DNA of 64,000 nucleotides. Origin: Neoechinorhynchus agilis. Taxonomy: Eukaryota; Animalia; Acanthocephala. Under the pieces are notes generated by a model. It was not told the origin of the DNA, did no database searches, and saw only the letters and a list, made by a program, of their open reading frames with translations. The stretch lies in contig CM121341.1 in assembly GCA_051530055.1 (NCBI GenBank), forward strand, positions 1,054,001 to 1,118,000, read 5' to 3'. This document shows, piece after piece, positions 24,573 through 36,852 of this stretch (its first letter is position 1; the number at the start of each line of letters is the position of its first letter). Both the position numbers and the translations under genes were made by a program.

Positions 24573-25134
24573 CAATTGTATGTTCACGAGTAGGGTCACC
24601 TGAGCATTTGTTTACCTACACTCCAACTGGAAAAACTAATAACGTTGTTTACAAACAAGTTTTTAAATCATCGAAACGTTTTTAATCGAAATAATCATTT
24701 ACCGCGGATGTAGACTTCTAAACAATAATTCCAATCATACAATTCGGTATCTCCTCACATATCGACATTTACACGAAGAATAGTTTTACTTTATTGAGAA
24801 TTGCATTCGGATGTCTAGATACGTTATTATTTTTGTCGATCGTTAATAACCGAGAGAGAGAGATCGCGTTAAAGAAACGAATGTGTATTTTGACTGATTG
24901 AATCCGTCATTATCAAAATGATACAAGATCAGTGTTCCTTTTACTCGGGAACCCGGGATCGTCGGGTTCGATAAGACTGAAGTTCTCCGTATAGAACAGA
25001 GAAGATTCCATCGACTTATTAAAGAGTCTCAAGGAACAAAGCAAAAGTTTCCCTCTAATTACTCTTAGATGGCCTATATAGAGCCAAAGAGGCAGGCATT
25101 CGCCTTTGATAATGATTGATTCAATTAGTCAGCA

Positions 25135-25557
25135 TCCCTCTCAGGTGTTCACGATCGACCAAAATAATACAAGGACGAAGTTTGTTTATTTTTTGTGCTT
25201 CTGTCCCATGATAGCGTCTGAAATGTCAAATACTAGCGACCCAATGGCATTGAACTTGAGAAACTTTAATGGCTCGGGAACCCAGGATGATAATGACTGA
25301 TCTAATCAATCGATATATAAATATACGACTTTAACAAACCCTCTCTGGTGTTCACGATCGACCAAAATAATACAAGGACGAAGTTTGTTTATTTTTTGTG
25401 CTTCTGTCCCACGATAGCGTCTGAAATGTCAAATACTAGCGACCCAATGGCATTGAACTTGAGAAACTTTAATGGCTCGGGAACCCAGAATGATAATGAC
25501 TGATCCAATTCGACTTTAACAAACCTTCTCGGATGTTCACTTTCGATCAAAATAATG
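25135..25557. repeat. Direct repeat, 203-bp period, two near-identical copies plus a diverged partial
   Basis: GGTGTTCACG at 25144 and 25347. Confidence 0.9.
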
Positions 25558-25793
25558 CCTGCTTAGAATACTGAACAATATTCCTAAAACAACAAATGTA
25601 AACGTTGCTATAAGTTACTCCCGTGCTAAGCCGGCTAAAACGACTAATTCGTCAAATGTACTTAAAGAAATGCTACTTCTTTTGATTCTATTGGTTGGTT
25701 TAGTATCCTATTTTAAGTACTCATTAATTAGAAAACTTATTTTAGTGGAGTTCGTCTTATAATTATCGCGAATTCGATAATATTTCTAGATAA

Positions 25794-26778
25794 ATGTCGC
25801 CGATTTCGACAATCTGCGTTATGAGCGGCACCAGTGGAAGTGGTAAAAGCACCCTGATTGAGAAGCTCTTTTCTGAATATAAAGGAAAATTTGTGTACTC
25901 AATAAGCCGTAAGTTTCCACCAACCTTTTTTTTCAGAAAAAGCTAAAGAACCTCATTTAGATACAACGAGAAAACCACGAAAAGGTGAAATAAATGGTCG
26001 AGGTAATTCGGTTATTTTAGTAAACTTATAGTTTCATTGATTTAGAGTACAATTTCGTGAGTGAGAAGGAATTTGAGGACCTTATCGCTGATAAGAAATT
26101 GGTTGAATATACTAAATTTTCGGAGAACTATTACGGAACAAGGTTTGATGAACGATCTCTTTTTTTAAATGGTTTAATTTAGTATTGACGCTTTGAACGA
26201 ATGCACTTCATGCGGATCTCGGATTTGCATTCTAGATGTTGACGTTCAGGGAGTTAAACAGTTGAAAGAGAATGGAATCAAGGCAGTCTTTGTGTTCATT
26301 AAGACACCTACGATGAAACATTTGGTATGTAATAATAGATCGTATTTAAAACATTTCGAAAAGTGTAATCTTTCAATTCTTGTGATTTTGTTGGTTTAAA
26401 ACGAATTCTTGACCTGTTATTCAAATTTTCGAATATTTTCGTCGATAAAACTATCATCTTGTTTCTATATTTATCAACTGTTAAAAAAGGTATTGATCTT
26501 AATTTTCCAATTTTCTTTATGCGAATCGTTCGCATCAATTATTTTCGATTGTCGATATCATCGTCCTTGTATTGATTTAGAAACAACGTTTATTCGCTCG
26601 AGGATCGGAAAGTGAACAAAGTCTTAAGAAAAGACTGGAGTCAGCAAAAGAAGCTGAGGAATATTCGGAATCTCCCGGAAATCCGTATGACCGCATTATT
26701 GTAAACGATACATTTCAGGAAGCGTACGAAGAGTTGAAGACATTTTTGAAACAAGTATACCCAGAAATTCTGAATTGA
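25794..26778 (+). CDS. GUK1: Guanylate kinase (5 exons, four canonical GT-AG introns)
   Basis: P-loop SGTSGSGKST, SH|TTRKPRKGE.NG, NYYGT, CILDVDVQG, YDRIIVND. Confidence 0.95.
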
Positions 26779-26821
26779 GTATTTACGAAGAAAAACGCTT
26801 TTTTGAAACTAACGACCACTC

Positions 26822-27088
26822 TTAATTCTTTGCATATTCAGCAGGAGTGAGAATCTTCATCGTGATTGCATGAATATCTTTTTTCATTTCTGTATCCAGA
26901 ATTGCGTAGACCCTTCGTTGCCTTGCGATTCGATCCATTGATTCGAATTCAGACGAAACCACAAAGACGTCCAGTTTGTGACCACATCCATCAGACAAAT
27001 CATCTACTCGAATGAATTGAGGCTTCAACTCCTCCCTCAGTTTGTTCTCAACAACACTTCGTAAACATTGCCCACTTTGCGATTCCAT
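26822..27088 (-). CDS. BOLA2: BolA family protein, BOLA2-like
   Basis: DLSDGCG, VVSSEFE, RQRRVY, IHAITMK..TP; 88 aa. Confidence 0.9.
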   Translation of the reverse strand: MESQSGQCLRSVVENKLREELKPQFIRVDDLSDGCGHKLDVFVVSSEFESMDRIARQRRVYAILDTEMKKDIHAITMKILTPAEYAKN

Positions 27089-27154
27089 CGAACGAATTTA
27101 AACGCCTTCTAGGCAGCGAAGTCGTGGCGAATCCACGTACGGAAGACCTTTTTG

Positions 27155-30100
27155 ATGGAGTTTTCTTTAGAATATTTGAATACTTTTTTGCATTTCGAAA
27201 ATTGTGCATCCGAAAACAATCGGATTTAATCGAAATTCCTTCAATTTTCAGCCGTCTTCTAGAAAAAGGTCATGGACAATTCAATCTTCTAACAAGCAGA
27301 ATGATCTTGATCGCTAAGAAAAGATTGAACAGTTTACAAAGTATTTATTGAATGATTTTTGAGCATAACCCCGGGTTTTCATGGAGTTTTCTTTAAAATA
27401 TTTAAATACTTTCTACATTTCGAAAATTGTGCATCCGAAAACAATCGGATTTAATCGAAATTCCTTCAATTTTCAGCCGCCTTCTAGAAAAAGGCCATGA
27501 ACAATTCAATCTTCTAACAAGCAGAATGATCTTGATTGTTAAGAAAAGATTGAACAGTTTACAAAGTATTTATTGAATGATTTTTGAACATAACCCCGGG
27601 TTTTCATGGAGTTTTATTTAAAATATTTAAATACTTTTTTGCATTTCGAAAATTGTGCATCCGAAAACAATCGGATTTAATCGAAATTCCTTCAATTTTC
27701 AGCCGCCTTCTAGAAAAAGGCCATTAACAATTCAATCTTCTAACAAGCAGAATGATCTTGATTGTTAAGAAAAGATTGAACAGTTTACAATGTATTTATT
27801 GAATGATTTTTTAACATAACCCCGGGTTTTCATGGAGTTTTATTTAAAATATTTAAATACTTTTTTGCATTTCGAAAATTGTTCACCTGAAAACAATCGG
27901 ATTTAATCGAAATTCCTTCAATTTTCAGCCGCCTTCTAGAAAAAGGTCATGGACAATTCAATCTTCTAACAAGCAGAATGATCTCGATCGTTAAGAAAAG
28001 ATTGAACAGTTTACAAAGTATTTACTGAATGATTTTTGAGCATAACCCCGGGTTTTCATGGAGTTTTCTTTAAAATATTTAAATACTTTCTACATTTCGA
28101 AAATTGTGCATCCGAAAACAATCGGATTTAATCGAAATTCCTTCTATTTTCAGCCGTCTTCTAGAAAAAGGCCATTAACAATTCAATCTTCTAACAAGCA
28201 GAATGATCTCGATCGTTAAGAAAAGATTGAACAGTTTACAAAGTATTTATTGAATGATTTTTGAACATAACCCCGGGTTTTCATGGAGTTTTATTTAAAA
28301 TATTTAAATACTTTCCACATTTCGAAAATTGTGCATCCGAAAACAATCGGATTTAATCGAAATTCCTTCAATTTTCAGCCGTCTTCTTGAAAAAGGTCAT
28401 GGGCAATTCAATCTTCTAACAAGCAGAATGATCTTGATTGTTAAGAAAAGATTGAACAGTTTACAAAGTATTTATTGAATGATTTTTGAACATAACCCCG
28501 GGTTTTCATGGAGTTTTATTTAAAATATTTAAATACTTTCTACATTTCGAAAATTGTGCATCCGAAAACAATCGGATTTAATCGAAATTCCTTCTATTTT
28601 CAGCCGTCTTCTAGAAAAAGGTCATGGACAATTCAATCTTCTAACAAGCAGAATGATCTCGATCGTTAAGAAAAGATTGAACAGTTTACAAAGTATTTAT
28701 TGAATGATTTTTGAACATAACCCCGGGTTTTTTTGGAGTTTTATTTAAAATATTTAAATACTTTTTTACATCTTAGAAATTGTGCATCCGAAAACAATCG
28801 GATTTAATCGAAATTCCTTCAATTTTCAGCCGTCTTCTAGAAAAAGGTCATTTACAATTCAATCTTCTAACAAGCAGAATGATCTTGGTTGTTAAGAAAA
28901 GATTTAGCACTTTACAAAGTATTTATTGAATGGTTTTTGAACATAATCCCAGGTTTTTATGGAGTTTTCTTTAGAATATTTGAATACTTTTTTGCATTTC
29001 GAAAATTGTGCATCCGAAAACAATCGGATTTAATCGAAATTCCTTCAATTTTCAGACGTCTTCTAGAAAAAGGTCATGGACAATTCAATCTTCTAACAAG
29101 CAGAATGATCTTGATCGCTAAGAAAAGATTGAACAGTTTACAAAGTATTTATTGAATGATTTTTGAATATAATCCCGGGTTTTTATGGAGTTTTCTTTAG
29201 AACATTTAAATACTTATTTACATTTCGAAAATTGTGCATCCGAAAACAATCGGATTTAATCGAAATTCCTTCAATTTTCAGCCGTCTTCTTGAAAAAGGT
29301 CATGGGCAATTCAATCTTCTAACAATCAGAATGATCTTGATTGTTAAGAAAAGATTGAACAGTTTACAATGTATTTATTGAATGATTTTTTAACATAACC
29401 CCGGGTTTTCATGGAGTTTTATTTAAAATATTTAAATACTTTCTACATTTCGAAAATTGTTCACCTGAAAACAATCGGATTTAATCGAAATTCCTTCAAT
29501 TTTCAGCCGCCTTCTAGAAAAAGGCCATGAACAATTCAATCTTCTAACAAGCAGAATGATCTTGATTGTTAAGAAAAGATTGAACAGTTTACAAAGTATT
29601 TATTGAATGGTTTTTGAATATAATCCCGGGTTTTTATGGAGTTTTCTTTAGAACATTTAAATACTTATTTACATTTCGAAAATTGTGCATCCGAAAACAA
29701 TCGGATTTAATCGAAATTGCTTCAATTTTCAGCCGCCTTCTAGAAAAAGGCCATTAACAATTCAATCTTCTAACAAGCAGAATGATCTTGATTGTTAAGA
29801 AAAGATTGAACAGTTTACAAAGTATTTATTGAATGATTTTTGAGCATAACCCCGGGTTTTCATGGAGTTTTATTTAAAATATTTAAATACTTTCTACATT
29901 TCGAAAATTGTGCATCCGAAAACAATCGGATTTAATCGAAATTCCTTCAATTTTCAGCCGCCTTCTAGAAAAAGGCCATGAACAATTCAATCTTCTAACA
30001 AGCAGAATGATCTTGATTGTTAAGAAAAGATTGAACAGTTTACAAAGTATTTATTGAATGGTTTTTGAATATAATCCCGGGTTTTTATGGAGTTTTCTTT

Positions 30101-30205
30101 AGAACATTTAAATACTTATTTACATTTCGAAAATTGTGCATCCGAAAACAATCGGATTTAATCGAAATTGCTTCAATTTTCAGCCGCCTTCTAGAAAAAG
30201 GCCAT
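27155..30205. repeat. Satellite-like tandem array, ~226-bp unit, ~13.5 copies
   Basis: ATGGAGTTTT at 27155, 27381, 27606 and onward; units highly similar. Confidence 0.97.
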
Positions 30206-30556
30206 GTCTTGTGTGAATGGTGTTTTTGTGTATGTGTAGGTGTGGCGTATACTTATTTTGCCAGTAAATGCCCCGGCACTGTAGCGACCGCAGCGGAGCG
30301 CCGGATAGCGGCAAAATACGCTGAGCTGAAGGAGAGTTTCAATTTTGTGCCTTTCGGGATCGAAACGTTCGGGGCCCTCGGAGAATCCGCACTTCAGCTG
30401 GTTTCAGATATAGCAAGGAGGTCGTTGGCGATGAAAAGGGACCAACGTGCTCCAGCGTTCCTTAAACAAAACATCTCCCTCGCAGTACAACGAGGGAAGG
30501 CTGCCAGCGTGAGGAAAACCGCGGCTTCACAGAACATTATCTTCCATAACTTGTAA
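30206..30556 (+). mobile_element. 3' end of a CRE-type non-LTR retrotransposon
   Basis: AAERRIAAKYAEL..FNFVPFGIETFG...FLKQNISLAVQRGKAAS, typical RLE C-terminus. Confidence 0.88.
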
Positions 30557-30639
30557 AAATTAATAAGTTCTTATATTGATAAAAACAGATTCAAGTCTAA
30601 ATATTTTTATCCTCAATAACAACAATTTGATAACGATGA

Positions 30640-30990
30640 ATATGTCTTGTCTTACCAAAATCCACTGTATGCCTAGCCGTCCTCGTCCTCAATTATCGCC
30701 CAAATGCTTGCAGTGTTGCCTCTCAACACGGCGATGCTGATATTTTGAAGACCTTGTGTCACCGGTCATCACTCTCTCCCTCAAGCTCAACACCTTTAAA
30801 ATTTATATCCTCAAACGTCTCCGACGTCTAGGAATCTCTTCACCCGATCTCTACAAATTTTACTTCGGCTTTACCCTTTTCACACCAGCAGAACACTCGT
30901 AATCCCAATTATTTTATTCCTCCGTCGATCTCGCACCTCCCTATACCCACGCTCCTTTTTCCATGCTGCCCAATCTTCTCGGATATCACA
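30640..30990 (+). mobile_element. Degenerate LINE post-RT fragment
   Basis: KIYILKRLRRLGISSPDLYKFY resembles the region downstream of RT in CR1/L2-group elements. Confidence 0.5.
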
Positions 30991-31039
30991 ACTTGAAATG
31001 AACCTGAGGAAAGACCAACTTTACAAGCGACCAATTCCC

Positions 31040-31500
31040 ATCCGAACGAACCTCCCCCGACCGGACATTCCCACCCGAACGTACATACCAAGAAACCCAA
31101 AGGTACATGGGTCTAATTTCTTAAATACAAAATCAATAAAATGGCCCAACATCCTAGAGCCAAGCAATCTTTGCCGGCTCGATGGCCGTAGACCGAACGG
31201 TGTCACAGTATTCCCGTGGCGAAAAGACAAATGCGTTTTCTGGGACGTCACGTTCATGGATACGCTCGCAGCCAGCAACATAAAATTCGCCACTATTAAA
31301 CCGGAGGGGAGCAGCAACCGCCACTGAGGAACGCAAAAGGACAAAATACAAGGATTTGGGTCGAAATCATTATTTCGTTCCCTTTGGCGTCGAGACAGTC
31401 TGGTCGTTGTGTACCACGGCGCAGAGGAGCATTCCTCGTACAAAACATAAGAATGGCTGTGCAACGGGGGGAACGCCGCATCCGTCCTTTCGACCGTTTA
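31040..31500 (+). mobile_element. Second CRE-type RLE fragment
   Basis: EPSNLCRLDGRRPNGVTVFPW...WDVTFMDTLAAS, then FVPFGVET and IRMAVQRG. Confidence 0.85.
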
Positions 31501-31614
31501 ACTTGGACGGAAGCTGAGTGATCCAGAGCAACGGTGTGAATGATCTAACGTGTAATATAAATTTCATTTTACTTTAAAAATAAAATAAAATGTGTTATTA
31601 TTATGTATGGCCTC

Positions 31615-32065
31615 ACGGCTGATAATTTTCCTTGGGCACACAGCCCGTCGCTCTGGTCCAGGGAAGCGCATAACGGCGAACTTCCAGGATGCATACAACA
31701 ATTCCCTAAAAGTTACCGGCTGGCCAGACTTCAAAAAATAGAACAAATTCAATTGGCCAAAATTTTAAAATCAAAAGTGGCAGAGTTTGTACATTCCGTA
31801 GTTGTGTCGAGGTGGTCAAGTGGACAAAAGCTCAAGCTCCCAGTTTGGGTCAAAGGATTTGAATCCATTACCGTCGATGACTCACAACCAAAGGGAACGA
31901 AATACCTCGATGAAGGGAGGAAACTCACTGATGAATCCCGACTCCGCGGGAGGAAGCTCTGAGGATCCGGAGGAATGTATAAAACTCTTTACCATTTGTT
32001 TGAGGGTATCAAGTGATTCAATCACTTCCCTAAACCAGATCTGTGGGCTATGTGCCCAAGGAAAA
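31615..32065. repeat. Unclassified dispersed repeat; two copies in inverted orientation
   Basis: AATTTTCCTTGGGCAC..AGCCC..TCTGGT..AGGGAAG at ~31624 (+) and ~32065 (-); related pieces at ~35385-35480, ~38664-38713 and ~61845-61890. Confidence 0.55.
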
Positions 32066-33100
32066 TTCAACGAATTCTTCATCTCTCTTAACTTTAACTT
32101 CTTAATGGTAACGACATTGACATTCTTAAGCAACAAGTTTCGGAAGCTATCTTCCAAATTCAAAAATAAATTCTTTAATTTAAAATTATCTATATGAAGT
32201 TAGTTCCAACAAAATCTAATCGTCAGTTTTTTAATTTTGGCTGGTAGGCTGACACTAATTCGATCTACGACTCGCTTTTCCTACCTAAACCAATCAAAAT
32301 TCATTTTAATGCCCGCTAAAACCTTATTGGTCAGTAAATCGCGGTTTAAACAAAGATAAAATATACAACTTCTTAATCCGAGATTTACATTGATCGATGT
32401 TTTATTCTTAGCAGTACAGCTGCTTATGAAACAAGTTCAGTTTCATCGATCTTACAAATGTTGGAAATCTCAATAAAGTAGTTTTTAGAGGGTTTCGACG
32501 TCCCTCGCGAAAAAGCGCGAAAAACTAAAGTTTTGAAGCGATGTTAATATTGAAATTTGAAAATCGCTGAAGCATGATAGTTAAGCGTCTATACACGAGG
32601 AAGAAATTTTATTAAAAGAATTGCTTGCTTTAGATCGAATTTATCGAGTTGTGCCACATTTATCGCTGGTGCCGTTGGTCACAATTCAATATTTAGCCTA
32701 TTATTTTGTCGACTTAAGGCATTCATTTCAACAAGCTTTTAGATCTTTGCTTTTATCTCAGAAATACGATGACTAAATGCATTGCTAATCTTTTAATCTT
32801 GTCCAGATTTATGGATTGTCGCAAACGAAATGAAAAAAGAGCACTGCCTTCATTGCTTTGCTCAAACTTTCTGTTTTTGTAATCCTTTCGTCTTCAAAAT
32901 CAGTTCTGACTTTTTCTTATAAATTTAAAAATAGGTTCAATAACGTTGAATATGTGTAAGAAATCGGCTTTAAAAATTATTATATGTAATAAGTGTATTG
33001 GTTTCTTTTAAAATAGCGACCACATAACACGAATTTAAATTTGGACATAATCTCCTCCGAAAATATTCTATATTTTAGACTAATTTTATAAGTATTAAAA

Positions 33101-36008
33101 ATGCCTAGACGATATTCCGGGAGCAGCTCAAAAAAAGATTTCGCATTAAGCGAGGGTCCAACTGCGAAAAGACCTATTAGAAAGTGCCGACAGGTGACAC
33201 AGCCAATGGGATACTACGACGAAGGGCGATCATTTGAGGAGAAAACGGACGAATGGCCGTGTTCCGAAAGGCCCCTAAAGAAGAAATCCTCGCCTCAAAA
33301 ACGAGAGGAAAGCGAAAGTTCCGAATGGGAAGACATCAGTTTAGGAAGCAACCATACAGTTTGTTGTGGCGATTTAAAGAGTGTTAAAGTTGAAATTGAA
33401 AAAACATCTATTGAACCACCTGATCGCGTAATGCGTGGATGTATTGCACGTTTGGTACGTGATTTTCGAGTTCAGTGCCATCAAACAGCACTGGTATGCG
33501 CGGTGGCTCATTGTCATTATCTGTTGGGACCGGTGTTGGATTTAATGAAGGCTCTGAAGATGTCAGTCAAAATAGGTAATGCTGATTTAATATTATCGGT
33601 TTCCAATTATTGATCCTCTCGGTAATCGATATTGTCCATTCTGCGTTTCCGGAAATCAATTTATTCGCAAGAAAATCTATCATATGCATATTGAACCAAA
33701 GAAGAAAAACGAGGCTCTTATTCGGGTTTTCGCTAATTCCAACAAGAGCCATAAAAACGGAATCATCTGTTTGTAGGTGCGGTAGAACGGATCTTTGGGT
33801 TACAGTGCAGAGTTCGTCGAAAAACTGTGCTATTTGTAATTCAAATCGTTTTGGCTATTGGGTGGAGGAATGGAAGGCAAACAATTGGGTTACTTGTGAA
33901 GATACGCGATACTTTTAACGACTAGATTTCGTGATTAAGGTCTTTCTAAAAAATGCAATTAATTTTACAAGAAAATCCTTGACCTTTTTTGCAATTGTAA
34001 CAATAGGCTAAATTACAAGTGAACTTGTAGTATCGGCAATAGTCGTATTTCCAAGTCTAATTCGAGCAGAGCCACCATTGCCAAATGTATATTTTACCAA
34101 TAAAAAACTCTTATTCCAGTTAATATTGAAAAATCTGCAACATAATGATTTTGTTCCATTTATCGCCGTATTCGTGGATCTTTCTTCGATAAACGGTATA
34201 CATTTCTCTTGTAAAAATTATTAACGTAGAATTAAAATTCCAACGCCGTAACATTTCTATAGCCGTTGAAAAGTATCGATTAAAGAATCTTTAAAAGCGA
34301 AATTCTCCTATGTTTACGCAGCGATTAGAGAAAACAATGAGGTATTAGTGGAAGATGTTTCAAATCAATACATCGATACGCACCGATTAATTCGTAGATT
34401 TAAACGAATTGAACGATTTAGATCGAATTGGTACGATTTTTTTAAATCTGTATGTTTAAGGGAATCCGGAGCTTCTAATTTGATTCGTCATCCGGATCAG
34501 TTGAAATTACCGTTAAAAATAGATGATTTTAAAAATCATCCGGTTTATGTTTTGGAAAGACATTTGCTTAAATATGACGGAATATATCCTCCTGACGCTA
34601 AAGTGATCACCGAATTCCGTGGTTCGAAAGTGTATTTACGTAAAAATGTAGTAAAATTGCATTCTGCTCAAACGTGGCTTAAGGAAGCCCGGGAAATAAG
34701 GAGCGGAGAAGAGCCTTACAAGACTGTTTTGGGAAGGATATCACAAAGCGCTTATCGAAGAGGAGAAAGGCAAAGGCCTTCACTTGCATTGTTTGGAGAG
34801 TGGCAAACTGAACCTTATCAACCACCAATCGCCCAGGATGGTATTGTACCGAAAAACGCCTTTGGAAATGTAGATATGTTTAAACCCGAAATGTTGCCAC
34901 TTAATTGCGTCCATCTACAGCAGAAGGATTTGTATTTTCTAGGAAGCTTTAGGATCTTAAAAAAATTAAAAATGATCGCGGCTCTCGTCAAAGGAATTCT
35001 TTTTATGCTACGCTCGTAGGTCGCTTCCATTTCTTATTGAAAAGGCAAAAATAAAAGATAAAAATTATTAAAATAAGTACCTTAAATTCTAAAGTGATTA
35101 AAAAATCGAGATTTTTAAATGCAAGGTTGAAAAATGTCGAATCATTAAAGGATGAATTCGACAGTGAAATGTCCTTTATTTTATCTTATGTGTAGCGAGC
35201 CGCTTACACTTTTCTAGGTGTTGGAGTGAACATCCCTTACACGATCTGGGTCAGGGAAACGCAAAAAATCAATAAATACCAAATTTTGTGAATATTCTCC
35301 CGATTAAAACGTATTTTATTGTTTTTCTCGAGGAAGCCTTGCCTCGTCAGTCATTGCTAAAGAGTTTTATTCGCACTCTGCCTCTTCGGGAGATATCTGA
35401 GGATCCGGAGGGATGTACAAACTCATAACCGCACGGTTCAAGGTATTAAGTGACTTTATGCGCTTCCTTGAGCAAAATCGGTGGACTGCGTAACCGTAGA
35501 CGGAATGTTCACTTCTCGATTTTATTTTGAAATGTTATTTCTGTACACTTTGAATGTTATATGATAAAGTAATACGAATAGGCGGTTCGGAATGATTCTT
35601 TAATACTGAGACAACGCTATTATAAATTTTGGCTTTTATAGTAATTTGAGACGGTTACGAGTTGTTCCCGGCTATTGATTTTAGGACAATTTCTTCTCAT
35701 TTTCAAAGACTTCTGATTTAAGACATCCAATGGCGTCGAAGGCTTGTAAAAAGCTTGAAATCGACTTTGGCGCTGCAACGGTAGATTTCGATACTCATGG
35801 AGGTGGCTTTAGTCATCCTGTTTTTGATGGGATCGTTATATGTGAAGAATTTTTGGAAGAGGTTAATGCAGAAGTCAAAATTTTGGAAAAAAAACACAAA
35901 GACAATGAACAGAAGCAAAAACTGAATAGAGCTCTCCATTTTTGGACATTATTCATGAAGCAATATTCAATCGGAATGAAGTTATCGGATCGTCATGGAA
36001 CCAAATGA
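33101..36008 (+). CDS. XPC: XPC/Rad4 DNA-damage recognition protein (multi-exon; first junction unresolved)
   Basis: SEWEDI, YWVEEW, FKNHPVYVLERHLLK (BHD1), LFGEWQT, VPKNAFGNVDMF..MLP, KKLEIDF...FD.HGGGFSHPVFDGIVICEE (BHD3). Confidence 0.95.
33907..34278 (+). other. 372-nt TIR-bounded intervening sequence in XPC (candidate non-canonical intron)
   Basis: TIRs 33907-33924 and 34260-34278 (17 pairs); in-frame stop at 33916; CG direct repeat. Confidence 0.7.
34918..35720 (+). other. ~803-nt XPC intron with weak terminal complementarity
   Basis: CAGAAGgaTTTG (34921-32) versus CAAAgaCTTCTG (35704-15), 10/12; removal gives HL|RHPMASKACKKL. Confidence 0.4.
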
Positions 36009-36852
36009 AGTCTTGACGAAAAGAGGAATTTTTGCTCTGAAATCCGATTTTCATCGTTTTCGAACACTAAATTTAAAGGAAGTAAAAGTGAGTTTTTCAT
36101 TCTTCAATCGCGATTTTGAGGCATTTAGAAGAAGCTGCGTTGCTATCTCGATTATCAACAGATCCATTTTTTTGTTATTATTAACGATTTACTAAAAATA
36201 TACAAGGATTTGCACTTGCCTTTTACGGTAGAAACTTTACGTCTTTTAGATGTCTACTTCTTTACGGTTTGCTTAATCGACGATTTTATTTGAACGAAGA
36301 TCTAGTAGAGAATTCAATTAATAAATTCAAAACTAGATCGTTTTTAGCTAGTATAATCCACAATCGATGGTTCAAATAATCGACATTTTTACTTCATCCT
36401 TTAAGCTACTATCCATAATACAGTCTCGTTACGTTTCAATACGGCCAGAGAGAAAAATTACGAATATTGCCTTTAATTTGCTTTAAGAAGGATGTAGCCA
36501 TGAAAGTAAATCAGGGTCCAACAATTCCGATAAACATTACGTTCGCTGCAAGATGATTTAAATAAAATCTATTAACCGTAACTATATTTAAAAATATTTG
36601 AATTTCGACAATTAGAATGAAAATCAAGTCATTTATAGCTTTGTTTTATTATTTTTAAATTTAAAAATTACACGTTGAATATATTTTTAACATTGTTACG
36701 TTTGTTTATCAAAAAACAATTAGCCTCCCCTACATTGACAATATGGCCGTTCCATTTAATCTCAAAACAGTTAACTCTCATCCTCTTTTAAGGATAACTG
36801 TGCAACTTTGTCATTCGCGGTACGCCCAAGTTGCCCATTGATCACTCTTTAG

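Noticed and set aside
25909-26580. TIRs in the four GUK1 introns
   Set aside because: None found; all have normal GT...TTTAG ends, so they serve as the negative control for the TIR class.
27124-30200. ORFs within the 226-bp satellite
   Set aside because: Short, present in only some units, no homology recognised in any frame.
31620-31700. Possible HDV-like ribozyme (GGCGAA motif)
   Set aside because: Could not build the nested P1/P2/P3 double pseudoknot in the required order.
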